Below, piece after piece: positions 11,950-24,199 of a stretch of 64,000 nucleotides of DNA. Within the stretch, counting starts at the first letter, position 1. Each line of letters opens with the position of its first letter. The stretch comes from Raillietiella orientalis (Eukaryota), in the NCBI GenBank assembly GCA_036172245.1, contig JAYWIR010000025.1:248001-312000 (forward strand). Reading direction: 5' to 3'. The translations under genes were made by a program, and so were the position numbers. The notes below the pieces were generated by a model. It was not told where the DNA came from. It saw only the letters and a program-made list of their open reading frames with translations, and ran no database searches.

Positions 11950-14480
11950 GGCGGAACAATGAATGAAGTAAAAAGAGAGGGAGGGTAGGAATAGGGTCTT
12001 TGGTGCAGTACGTTTCTTCGTTCCTGAAACCAGCTCTGTATAGGGGCAATTCACTGATGGCTTCTTCTTGCAGGTGCGACCACCTCGTACCTGTCCTCAT
12101 CAAAGCGACTGCCATTCGGATGGCCGCCCTTCGCTGCATCACGAAACAGACTGTGAAGATGGCGCGGATTCAGCGGATCCTTGCGATCACGGTGCTTTCC
12201 GTGAAAAATTGCCACAGCACGCCCTTTACGGTGTCTTCCGGGTGGAGGATCGCCGAGACGAATCTCTGCCCAGTGTCTACGAGGGCACTACAATCCAACA
12301 AGATGTGCGGGAACCATCGCCTCCACACCGGGAACAGTTCGAGAAGATATCCGAAAACCGGGTGTCGACGTTGGTTGGTTGCACAGGAATTCCCAATTCC
12401 CAATCAAACAGCAAAACATCCCGTCTCCACCGTAGAGGTAGCACCGTGGTGCCAACACACAGGGAAGGGACCAAAAGTTCTTCGGGAGCACATCGAGCAA
12501 GCCACTCTATGGGAGGAGACCCTTTGCTCGGGTACCAGGAGTGGCGGTGTTCACCAGCTCACTCATCTGGTAGTCGTCAAGGAGTTTCTCAGCTCCTTGC
12601 AGGACAACTCATACCCCATCGGTTGGCTGCTGTCATCGTTTGTCTTCAGGGTAGACACCGCTGCGACAAGGGATGTGATGGCTACTCGGGAGCACCGAGT
12701 CCAGTCCTGCGGGATATCTCCCAGAAGTTCGGCAACGAACGAAGCTCCGCTGAGGGCACTTCCAGAGTGGGAACGCATGACTCCAGTGCCTCCTGCCGCT
12801 CAGACCTTCCAGTTTTGGGGACAGCAGGAGATCCAAGGATGACATTTCAACAATGAGGACCAGGGGAAAGCCTCATCCCTCCATCTTGTTTAGGCAACTC
12901 AGACGCAACGAGAAAAGTCCCTCGCTTCCAGCGCAACTTCGAAGGCTGTTTCGCTCCAGAACACACCAGAGAAAAGTTCACAATTTTCCACGAAGGATCA
13001 AAGGTCGGAACTGCACCTGTAGTCTGATCTTCTGGATGTCAGGATGTCCGGCTCCACCAAGCATTTCAGACGGATTCGGGACCTTGCAGGGTTTTCCTGA
13101 GGAGGCACTTAGCCCGGATCTTAACAGAATAAAGGGGCAGGCGAACCAAAAATCAGGGACAGAGGAGGGGGAGGATAGCAAAAGTATTTTAGACGAAGAC
13201 CGGCTTCGGTAAGAGGAACCTGCCATCAAGGAACTGGCCGAGGGCCATCGCAGCCTTAGACTGAGACGAGACAACAGACTGGTGGACTGTTGGGAAAGAA
13301 GCATTGGGGAGCCTTGAAGCTCCGAGTCCGTCTCAAGGACATTGCTTGGCCAGACAGATGCCGGATGCGGCATCTTGACTTTGAAGAGGATGTAGCTGCA
13401 GCTCCATTTCCGAGGACTCGTCCCCATAGAGAGAGCATGGAACCAGCAGTGGTGTCCCCGCTCGCCACATTTTGCTGCGAGAGGCCGATTTCGAGGGACC
13501 AAAGCCATTTCTTTCTCTCAATAGGGAATGGATGAGACTCTTGAGGTTTCCTCTGAAGCAGCTCGCCTCTCTGATGAAATCCAACCAGTGGATCTCCTGC
13601 TGCCCTGTGAAGTTGAACTCCTGGAGGCAGGGAATCTGTGAATACTTGAGCTCGGTTGACCAGCGCCAGCCCTAAAGATCTCGTTCCTGTTCAGCGGTTC
13701 GGCAGGATCGCCTTGCAAAGAATCGTCGAGGAGACGATTAAGTGGAATCGTGCATCCGCCCACACATTTAGCCGCAGCTCTGTCTTCCCTATGGGAAAGC
13801 AACAGCAATTGCCTACCGGCGAGTTGGGAGTTCTGCACCATAGCGGGAGTGGGAAAACTCCTAGGTGGCTACTTCCCCCTTCCAAGAGGGACTCCCTGCC
13901 GATGGTCTGAAACATTGAGTGCACCGCCGGAAGAACTTTGTGTCCTTCTCCCGTAATTGAACTCCACTGCATTTCCCATCCGGTGGCAACAAGACATGGT
14001 ACTCCTCTTGGAATCTCCTGTGTAACAAACGCGTGCACCACGTAACTAGGAAGAGCGTTTCTGCAAAGTGTGCCAGGTACGGGGAGATGGAATCGCTCCT
14101 TCACCTGCTGATGAACTGCGGGCGTCATCCGTACATTGTGGAAGAGGCTGGATTCGACTCTTGTCTACCCGGAAGATACGCCGATTGATCTGCCGCGCCG
14201 CTTCTCCACGCGAGAGGGCCTCTCGTCTGGCGCCGTGATCGCGACTTTTTCTGCGTTCGCGGCATCCTCACGGCCCAGTACTTTTGAAGCTGCACCAGCG
14301 GCAACGAGAGGCTGCCTGCACCGCTATGACCTACCTGAAGAAAGCATGCAGGTGGTCATGTCTGAAACCGGAAATCAGCAGGGAGATCACCAACATCGCA
14401 AGAAGGATTTTGAAGAGACAGAAATCCCGGTGTCCCCATCTCCACTTTGTTTTTTGAAGTTTTATTTTTGCATTAAAATG
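11950..14480 (+). mobile_element. RFE near-complete unit 1: pseudogenised long ORF forming a ~2.5 kb imperfect foldback
   Basis: Contains the 280-aa ORF 12000-12842 (N-half) and frameshifted C-half blocks (PLKQLASLMKSNQWISCCP, THLAAALSSLWESNSNCLPASWEF, QREAACTAMTYLKKACRWSCL); arms are complementary with coordinate sums 26401-26438. Confidence 0.75.
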
Positions 14481-14699
14481 AACAGCTCGGAGAAAGCGGG
14501 TGAAGAGCCTTTTGAAGGCGAGCCAACCGCGATTCTGCAACGGGGAAGTCGCCCAATGGAACACAAAGGTATCTAAAGTACCTACATGTGGAGCCCCCAG
14601 GTGGATCTAGTCGGCCTACCCCTCCCACGATGCACCCAGAAAAAGAGCTGGAGGGAGAGATTGAACTTTCGGAACCAAGTGAGTATGCCCAAGATACAG

Positions 14700-17330
14700 A
14701 AGCCAGGTCCGAGAAGGTCCTTGATTAGGTTCAGATGACACAGCTGAACGCCTGGGACTCAGAGAGAGTGGTTGATCGCGCGCAGGATGGCGCGTGGAGC
14801 AGTGCTTCCGAGATGCCGTTTATGCAGATTCGACATCTGCAGAAAGCCTCGGATGCGGTTTTCGAGTCTTCAGACTTTTACGGCCGAGTCCTCAAAGCTC
14901 TTGAGGCCTCCGTCCCTTCGCTTGAAATGCACGGAACCAGCGAGGCCGCAGGAGAGGGTGTTCTGGCTATCTTCAGGAGGGCTGGAGAGCAGGCGCAAAA
15001 GGAGATCGTATATTTCCGGGACCCCTGAAGCACATATATCAAGAAGCACACGGTGACGCCATTGTCAACATCCAACTCATTCCTCCATCGGATCCCCAGT
15101 AATTCGACTCCTTGTCCTGTAGACGCGAATGGCATTTCCAAAATCTAGATACATTATGATAGATCAGAAAGAGAACGAAGCACTCACCAAGGCCAGCATT
15201 CCTTTCTCTCTCCAGACATCTTCTTTGTTACATGTCACTTCCTTATTCATTGATATGTTTATTTTTGTCTTATTACTCCCAACTAGAGGCGACTTCCAAG
15301 AGCGAGGCCCAGATTTGAAAGACTACAGGAGCATCTGTAGGTTCTGTGCCTGTGGAGAAGGATCTTGTCATCTGTTTCGTAGACGCCTAGCAGAGATTCC
15401 GAAGGTCGCAGTTTCCAGCTCCAGATCCAAACTACGAGCGTTCCTTTGATCCCATCTGAACTTGGGTTCACTCCTGCAAATAGGAAGTCATCTGCATCCT
15501 GACTCTTGTGCAGCTGCGGTGTGTAGGGTGACCCGGAAAATGCAGATATGAGAATTTCAGTCTCCTGGCAACAGTGCAGGAATTCTGCACCGCGATTTTG
15601 AGATGTCCTGGTCCTTTTCTCATGTGAGCTACCCACAGCAACGGTGCAGAAATCTCCGCGGTAGCCGAGACGGGAAGCAAAAAGTGGGCAGCGAGCTTGC
15701 TAGAGGGTTGATTGAGAGACAGCGGTCCTCCGTTCAGGCTATGGAGGTCTTCAAAACAGCGAACAGGAAGCAGGACTGTTGTCACAGCAGAGGAAGATCA
15801 AAAGGCGTCCGAGTTAATGCATGATCCTAGTGTGCATCAGTGTTTGTGACGCAGGTCGCTCTTGTGAAAATCAAAACAGCGTGCTCTTTGTTTGGGCGGC
15901 AACTTTCTTTCCCTTCACCGAGCTCTGATGAATGCTTCCATGTACATCCTCCTTCCGTGTACTGGAACTTCTTCTTCCCCTCAAACTTATTTCTAGAACT
16001 TCACGTACCCAGACATCACCTCTAGTAAACTGAGGTGAAGTGAAAAGTAAACCTCCTCGAAGAAGAAAATTAACTTGGGACTCAGTCTGTCTTCCGGTGG
16101 TAAGCGCACCGGAAAGGAGATCAGCCAACGGAGACACGGACAAACGAATGACCTCGCTGTATTTCGAATATTTTTTGTTGAGATCATTCCCATAGAATGT
16201 GTGGACCTTCTCGAATGTCTCGGAAGAGATGGGCATAGCTATTTCGAGAAATTTCCTACTCGCTGGTCGATGTTCCATCCCGTTGCACCCTGTTCCCCAT
16301 CCTTAGCAGAACAGTGATGGACCTATGAGGTTCGAAGTTCCTGCAAAGGGGGCCGAAAGCAAACATGGCTTTGCAGAGGTCATATAAAGAAGAAGCACGA
16401 AGGCGTAAAGTGCAAACACTGGCGGAAGAAATTCCAAAAGACTATTTGCCGTGGGTTCTCATCAAAAAAGACGCAGACATGTCGGAAACCTCTCTCCCTC
16501 AGCGTCCCCTTCGGAAATTTGCATCCATCGAGGTTGCAGTTGACGTTGGAATTTCTATGTAGAGCTGCAACTGAGCTCCGTTTCCGAAGCAGCTGGGAAA
16601 AGGCTCTTTTTCAAAGGAACCAGCAAGGAGGCTGCATTCTGAGAGGGAAGATATTTGCATACCAATCCGTAACGCACAGTTTAAGCTCTGACGCTTGTCC
16701 TGAATCGAACTTGGAACAATCATCAAGTGATCAGCCTCGTTTCCGAGAGCGATCATATCGAACTATCTGGAAATGGGAGTCATCCGCCCACCAAGAACTG
16801 TAAAGCAGCACCTGCAACTCGACGGAACGCTCGAAAAAGAAACCCTCAACGCTTCAGCACTTTTTCCAGGTCTATTACGAAGCCGCGGCTTTTCCCATGT
16901 TTCCATCTCGACTGTTAAACGCTAGGAAGACCTAAGCGACTCTGAACAGATCTCGGTAGCTGAAGGTATATTTTCAGTGGAAGACTGAAAAATTCCTGCG
17001 GGAATATCAAAAGCATACGTTTTGGGAACAACTTTTTCAAATTCAATCACAGATGACCACGGGAACTGGTGGATGACCTAGAGATTCGAACAAAAAGCTC
17101 ATGGAGCTCAGCTGACTCGTCCTGGTATCTAACAAGAATCATCTAGGCGATTAAACTGTGGCGTTCATCTGGAAGGTAGGGATTCCGATCGGTTGCACTG
17201 CGAAACCGAATCCCAAGACAGCATTCCGGTGGAAGATGGGAATTTCGATCCTTATGATGCCTGGAACAGGGATGTTGTCGCGAAAGAGGGAAGGCGCGTG
17301 ACTGTCCTCTGGGAAACACGAGATCCCTCA
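14700..17330 (+). mobile_element. RFE unit 2, head-to-tail with unit 1, more decayed
   Basis: Same block order: GEGVLAIFRRAGE, FLHRIPSNSTPCPV, ENFSLLATVQEF, PLRKFASIE, SSWEKAL, IWKWESS, RKREGA; offset from unit 1 about 2.96-3.0 kb. Confidence 0.6.
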
Positions 17331-17959
17331 GTAATGAAATCCTCGATACGAAAGAGTTAAAATTCTCCATAAAATAAAATGACTAAGGTTCATCTAAGTG
17401 GAAGAGCACGCAAAGACCGATGAGGGCTCAAAAAGAATTATTCTTTTGTTCCTGTTTTATCTTTTCAGGTAGCTTGATCCAGATCTTGGGGAGCACCAGT
17501 CCAGATTCGTTGATTGAATGAAGACGAAGTGTCTCTTGCTTGCATTTTTCTATTCAGCAAACAGCAGTCTTGGAGAAGATCATCCAAAGAGAAAACGGAA
17601 ACCGCAGTCAACAGAAACTCTGTCGAATCCTTTGTTGGAAACCGTCTTTTCGTCTGCGATGCAGCTTCCTGAGTATGATGCGATCGAGTGCACCCCGTTA
17701 AAGAAACGGAAGATGGAAAACAAAGGAAGGAAGCGAAAGATGGATCTGGAATGAGGGAGAAAATGAAAGGGAAATTTAGCAACCGGAAGTTTTTTGAGCG
17801 GCAAACGGCAGTTTCAGGTTGGTCTCTGGATTTTTTCCTGGAATTTCGGTTGCCTTCGTCTTTAATTGGATTTTATCGAGGATACCAATGGGACTGCCGG
17901 CAATCAAGTTCTTTCGGTTCTCACTGGCTCGTTAGAACTTACAGCCTCTCAGCTGCCGA

Positions 17960-18400
17960 AACTTGAGAATACTTGGAAAGACAGTTATCGCTGAGGAGCG
18001 CAGACCATCGGCTATTGTCTTGAAGCAGTTATCTCTGATTTATGGAGCTGCAAAGCCAACCGTCAGCAAACCACTGTACCTGCGCTCAACAGGCGCGTCC
18101 GGGCAACAAAAGCTACTGTGCTTTGAGACTATGCCGAACACATCTACCCCGCCTCCCCGCCCTCCCCCACTACATCTGCCTGAAGCTGTGGTGTTTGTCG
18201 GTGTGAGGCATAGGGACGTCACGAGAGCCAGAAGCGGCTCCATCACAAGTTCGACTGGTAGGCGGGAGCAGCGCCAGATATGCTGCATCGAGCCAAGACT
18301 CTGGAGACTCTTTTGCGGTCAAGAAGACTCGGCACAAGGTTGTGCAGCTCGCGACTCTCATGGGCTAGCGCTGAGGGGTGGCTACTAGCAGTCCCCTAAG
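17960..18400 (+). mobile_element. RFE fragment, N-half
   Basis: CFETMPNTSTPPP..RHRDVTRARSG aligns with FLHRIPSNSTPCP..RRMEICQARIR. Confidence 0.3.
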
Positions 18401-18949
18401 TCACCACTCGTGCCCCACCTCTGGGATTGAGGTGTCCAGCCTATTCCGATGAGTCGTCTCATCATCGGGGCGAGTCGGATTCGCTCGGATGGCAAAGATA
18501 ATCAGAGAATAGGTTCAAGAAATGGCTGACAAATTCCCCTTGGTGGAGACGGTCCGAAATTCCAAACCCTATTTGCGACGAAAGTGACTCGAGTTTTCCG
18601 CATGGCGCCTGTTTGCATCGATGTGTTGGTGGATGACTGCCACGTGAGCTCCTCACAAGCAGTGGTTATCCTCTCTTCGGGAAATGTAAGAGAAAAATTT
18701 TACTAAAAAAATACACATGCACGCAAACGCATATATCTATTCCTATATAGAGGCCAACGACTACGAATAAACACACGTATACGCAATTTGTATATGTAAT
18801 TTTTGTTCGCTAAGGTCAACCGCTTCGCTTGTTTCAGTTTTCACAGATAATTCGTCCAAAAGAATGTCATGGTGACAAATATTCCAAAAGTACCTGGTTA
18901 TTTATGGACCGACAGAGAGTAATCCTATCTGTCACAGTACATCGGCTTG

Positions 18950-19250
18950 GCTACACCTACATGTGGCGGACACTGGAAACCATCTGAAGGATTCCGATGG
19001 TGCCTGGAGATTCTACTCTTTCCATCGGAATCCTTTCGAAATTCCGTGCGGGAAGCTTTTGGTGGAAGAAAAGCAGTTCCCGCCACCACCTTGAAGAATC
19101 TGCTGGGAGTTCCGGAAGCTTCCAGCAGGAACCAACTCGAACGCTTGCATCCCTGCCGATTCAGAAGAAGGAAGCAACGGAGAGCAGTCGGCAAGCTGCA
19201 CGCTTCGCAAGTGTCCACCCTGTTATCATGCGTGTCGAACCGGAGGACAC
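18950..19250 (+). mobile_element. RFE fragment, C-half
   Basis: PSEGFRWCLEILLFPSES aligns with SKGILRWAEVLDIPAEE; WKKSS..QEPTRT aligns with WQDSA..GKPSRT. Confidence 0.4.
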
Positions 19251-19912
19251 TGACCACTTCTGACCTGTTGAGAAAAATGGATGACCAGTCTTTTGACTTA
19301 AGATATGAGGCGGAAAAGAGAGTGCGAGATACTAGTGCAGAGAAGTCAATGCCTGCTGGAAAGCCAGTGGATCAGGGCTTGCCCGAATGAAGGAATCTGA
19401 AGAAGCGGATGGTGAGAAATCAGGCGCTGTCGCGAGGCGACCCATCTGCGGAGACCTGAAAGTCCATGTGGTCCTGTTTAACTCTCACTCTTTCTCTCTC
19501 CACACGCGAGAAGTGAGGTCGCATGCACTGCAAACTGAACTGAAAAAGGAAGACCGGTGGTACTTTTACGTGAACCGAAGAACCTGAGCTCTGTAGATTC
19601 GCCTCGGAGTTGCCGAGTTCCGAATTGCCATGGTTACTGTCTCCAGTTGCGACTGGGAGCGCGAGGCTCGCGGTCACTCAAATGCTCAGCGGGGGAATCG
19701 AAAGGGCACGCACGAATCAGAGAATATAAGTAAATTCAAGAACTGAAGCGACCCTATAAGAGCACGCAAATTATTGATTCGCACGCATGGATCGCGACCA
19801 GCTTCCGCCACACGCTCAAACATTTGCAGCGTGTGTGCCAAACACGTCGGTTACTGCTGCTGGATCCTGCTGCATCCTCATTCGGGTTTCTAGCGATGGG
19901 TTCCCTGCTGTC

Positions 19913-20850
19913 AAAATGATGCTGCTAAAAAACGGATGCCGAAACTTGCGCGCTGATTCATACGAGATGCGCACATATGAATGCTTCAGACAGATGCTTC
20001 AGACGGTTGGCTGGAATAAATTACACTTCATTTTTTCAGTGAGCGGAAGAATTCGGACCATCGGCCACCGCGAGGAAGTTTTGATTCCCTTAGGAGGAAT
20101 CGCGCGATCTAGGACCAGGAATCTTGGCCTGAGGGTCCTGGAAATGTTTCGACGGAGGGGGAAGGGAAAAAGGTCTGACTTGTTTTCGAGGACCTGAGCT
20201 GGAATGGTGCGCGACTGCTGTGGCAGGAGGCGTCTCGCCGCTCGCGAAAAGCCGCTTTTTTGAAGGGCTCTTGGGGTTGTCATATCAAGGCCGTCGCGAG
20301 AGGCTCCCACACGCGTCAGAGGGTTGGAGGGCAGCGCAACCCACAGGAACGTGCGGAAAGGATTCCACGTCTCCCCCCACACTTGGGGCATCTGAGGACC
20401 ACGCCCTCTTGTCGGTTTCCTGTCCGACCATGCCGGCGCGCTTCGGCGACGAGTTGCCATTTCCTTTCTTTTTCCTCTGATTCGAAAGCAAAGTTGGCAA
20501 AGTTGCCACCGGCTAGCGATGCGTTTGCTGATGCAGTTCAATAGGACTTCTCGCGCAGAATCAGAAGTGGTCCGAGATCTGCAAACGCCTGCCCCCCTAG
20601 GAGAAAAAAAAATTCAGCATCCTGCTGCCTGTTATGCTCGGTGGGTTTGTCGACTCGCGTTTACTTCGGACATGACACTTGAAACAGAACCTGAAGAGCT
20701 TGATGACCTACGTGTGATGGATGCTTGAATGTTTTCCATGCCTCCTGAAAATGATGCTACTAAGAAACGGATGCGGCAACTTGCGCGTTGATTGATACGA
20801 GATGCGCATACATGAAATCAAATGCTTCAGACGGTTGACTGGAATAAATT
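19913..20850 (+). repeat. ~110-bp imperfect direct repeats (19913-20022 and 20748-20850)
   Basis: AAAATGATGCT..AAACGGATGC..AACTTGCGCG..ATACGAGATGCGCA..ATGCTTCAGACGGTTG.CTGGAATAAATT present twice. Confidence 0.9.
20050..20560 (-). mobile_element. RFE fragment, C-half, between the direct repeats
   Basis: ASRWQLCQLCFRIRGKRKEM aligns with LAKWEVSCEIARKKKQL; DMTTPRALQK..LFPFPLRR aligns with DDASPRTQAK..LFPIIWKR. Confidence 0.55.
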
Positions 20851-23199
20851 GCCTGTCTGAATTCAGCACCTCCATAAAGGCAGGAAGCTTGAAATATTTT
20901 CCCAGCTTTCCTGGTACTTTGAGTGGTCGGCATTATATGTCCCGCAATAGGAGATCAACTTTAATGATTGCTCCATCTGATGCAAGATCTCCTGGTTTCC
21001 ATTTTGCTTGGACGGGATCTGCAGTACCAGAAAGGCATTTCTGTTTTCTATTTACTTATTTATTCTTCTATTTTTACAAGTCGTTAAATTTCACAGCATC
21101 CTTTCTTAGTTCATGCTTCTGAAAAACCACCTGATGCCTCCTTACTCTTGCATGAATAAGAGCTTTTTCAGAGGGCTACAATAATTTTCGGAAGGTGCAG
21201 AGAGGATCAGGGAGAAGTTCGGCAACAGCTCTCTGAACCGTTCTGCCGGCTGCATCTCTTGTATGGAATCCTTGTATCAAGCATTTCATGCCTCAGAAGA
21301 AGCATCTTTTTTTTTTTTTTTTTTTCAAAGGCCAGTAGCGACCCCACGAGGAGATCGTTACTATTGGCCTAGGATGATGGAAATCGTTGGGTTCTTTTTT
21401 TTCTTCTGTCTTCGCTGTTTTCTTTCCAGCTTTTTTTTTTTTTTAAGAGTTTTTAAGTTTTTAAGAAGCACCTTTTGAGGACGAACCCGCGCACTTGCTG
21501 TGAACAGCAAGTTGCGCATTCTCTTCCCGGACGACACGTCTTTCGGTGCTGTCAGTTTTCCGAGGCTCCTGGTAATCTTTAAGGACAGGAACGTTCAATC
21601 ACAAACTCCCCCGTCGACGCTCTGCCAGCAATAGGTCTCGAGCTTCCTGGCTGTCGGTTTCCACCTCGTGCTTGCTCTGGGACTCTTCGTGACTCATCCG
21701 CGTGCACTCACAGAAGCACTCCTACGCTCTTGTACGACAGCACTTTGCTTGCACATTGCTTCTGAAGTTTTCCGTTGGCTTCCATGGCCTTCTTCTACAG
21801 CCAGGCTTTCGCGCTGAGTCACGCACCATTCCGTGGAGAATGTGCTCTTCTCGGCATCTTGAGAACACTCTTTGACTTTGAGACGGTTCAGTGCCTTATG
21901 AGCACCACAATCTGGTTCCAGCACGTTCGTTCTTGGGGCTGCCTCCAGAAAGAGCAATTAGCAAAACCATGTCACACATGACATGGCAATATCGACCTCA
22001 ACCCAAGAAAGTCAAGTTGCACCTCATCTTGTGCTCAATCTGTGCAGTGCAAACGTAGGGCAGGTTACTGATGGGGTACTTCTGAATTTTCCAAACAATG
22101 AAGTGCACATGGGAAGACACGACCTTGAAAACACCGTGAGGTGTTTCTAAGATCATCCCATAATGCTGCAGATTCCCTCGCACCCATAATGCTGCAGCTT
22201 TTCATTTTTTTTCTCGTGACTAATGATCTGCTCTTTTTCATTCATTAATCTTCTCATCAGTTCAGTTCTTTCTTTGGGTTTCATTAATTCCTTAAACTTT
22301 TTCGGTTTTTCCTTTTCCTTTTTTTTTTAAGAAAAAAAAAAATGCTCTTCTCGATTGTTTTTACCAGAAATATCTTTTTCCCACCCTCTTGTCACTACGG
22401 CTCAGCATTCTTCCATAATTGCCCTAATAGAAGGCCATCCGTTTTGAAATTTTTTTTTTTTGGTCCTCAGATGTTCTCATTCTCACTGAGGATGCATTCC
22501 TTTTCTGAGTGTTTTCCCACTATAAGTATTTCTTGAATCGTGCCCTGTTCTTGTCTTTTAAATGGGAACTCTGTGTCGTCAACTCACACGGTCATACGGT
22601 TTGGTTTCGATACACGGAAGGTGCACATTCTCATAAAAAATTTTGCATTCTTCAGTTTAGCAAGAAATGAACGTGCATTATCGACTAAAAGTAGACTCTT
22701 TTTTTTCCCCCCCCCCCCCGTAGAAGGGGGGAAAAAAATGCGCTTAATGAGTCTCCGAAAACGTGGAAATTAAAAATGGCTTCGGCAAAAGTTTAGACGC
22801 CTCTTTCCCAATCATCCTATTCTCTGCTGTATCCCCAGTCCTGCTAAAGAGTAGCCTCTTTTCGAGCAATTTATCTTTTTCCGAGCGTGTGGTCACGAGA
22901 AAAAAAGTGGTCCCTCCGATCAAGCAAACGATGCGAGCGGAACCCACCACCCTCCCAGATGAGTAGCGATCGTTAACTTCGGAAAGAGTTCATGTCGTGT
23001 AATCACTAAATGGGCAGAAGGCCCAGGGCAAAGAATGGAGGGCCGGAAAGAATTCGCCACTTCCCGATCCTACGCTCCGATTTTATTCCCGTGACATGGA
23101 ATCGATTTCTTTGCTGAAGATGATGAGGTAGGAAGCAGAGTTTCGAACTGTGGGGCAGATTAATGTGTGTGTCCTATTCGTCCACAAAACACAGCAATA

Positions 23200-23690
23200 A
23201 AATGTACTCGTTCTGCGCATCGCACACAAAAGAAAACAGAAATGAGGAACTTCTCTAGGCGCCCCACACTTCAATTTTGGAAAGGATCTATCATTCAGGA
23301 AATTGTCTCTTGAGCACACTTTGACGAAAGCGTGCGGTTCGGCACAGCATCGCACTCCAAATACTTGAAGATGATCGGGGAGTACTTCCATCTCACAGCA
23401 TGGAGGGTTCTATTAATATGTCAAAAACACGTTCCAGTTTTTTTTCATCGATGTAGATAGAACTAGTCCACGAAATGGTAACTCCCAATCCATTTGCACC
23501 CATTTCGTAACTTACTGTAAACGTGACAGAGAGATGAGCAGTTGCATCCTCTCCGGTGAATGGCAAGAGGGAATCTGTGGTCGTCTGGAAGCAACTCCAT
23601 GCAGCATCCTTACTGAAGGAACGCAAGCCTCCTCTTTGCAGATTCGACGCATTTGTAGGTGGGTAGGGAATCAGGGATTCACACACAAGA
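23200..23690 (-). mobile_element. RFE fragment, N-half
   Basis: PFTGEDATAHL aligns with WIHGQDAASSW; FDILIEPSML aligns with VPVLIKATAI. Confidence 0.35.
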
Positions 23691-24199
23691 AGATTTTAGA
23701 GAAACGCGAAGAAAGAAATTTTGCATAGGAAACGGAATAGAAAAGGTTTAATGTCCACGATTAGAAACGGGGATGGTCTTATGGTCTAAGGTTTTTAACG
23801 ATTGACTTGATTCAATGACTGACGGGAATTTCACGGAATGTCGAGTAAGATGCCTTTTCTGGTGATGTTTGGCATACTAAGGAAAGTGTGTGTGTGTTTT
23901 TTTTCTTTTCCATATCGCGATCTTTAGTTCTCCGATCCCCTCGATCTACGAAACAACCTTACTTCGCTTCCAGACCTGAATGCCTTAGGTATGTGTGACG
24001 CCTATGCACACGGTCTTCCTAATCATGAGGAGAGAGGGGAAAAAATCCTTGAATGGAATAAAAGCATCTGCTGAATGACTGTTAAAAGCTTTACTTAACT
24101 TCCTTTAAAAAGGAAGGTGCTCAGCACGATGCCTCTTGCAGTAGTGCTAGATCAAGTGGGTCATTCGGTTTTACGTCTCCATAAAATTTGAGTCCTTTT

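Noticed and set aside
13170..13530. RNase H of a Loa/R1-type LINE (VF*..RAIAAL..FEGPKP)
   Set aside because: No TDGS or W.PGH motifs; spacing is wrong and conserved as such in a second copy
23480..23520. Amine-oxidase-like EMGA.WIG motif
   Set aside because: Needs a frameshift and has no FAD-binding context
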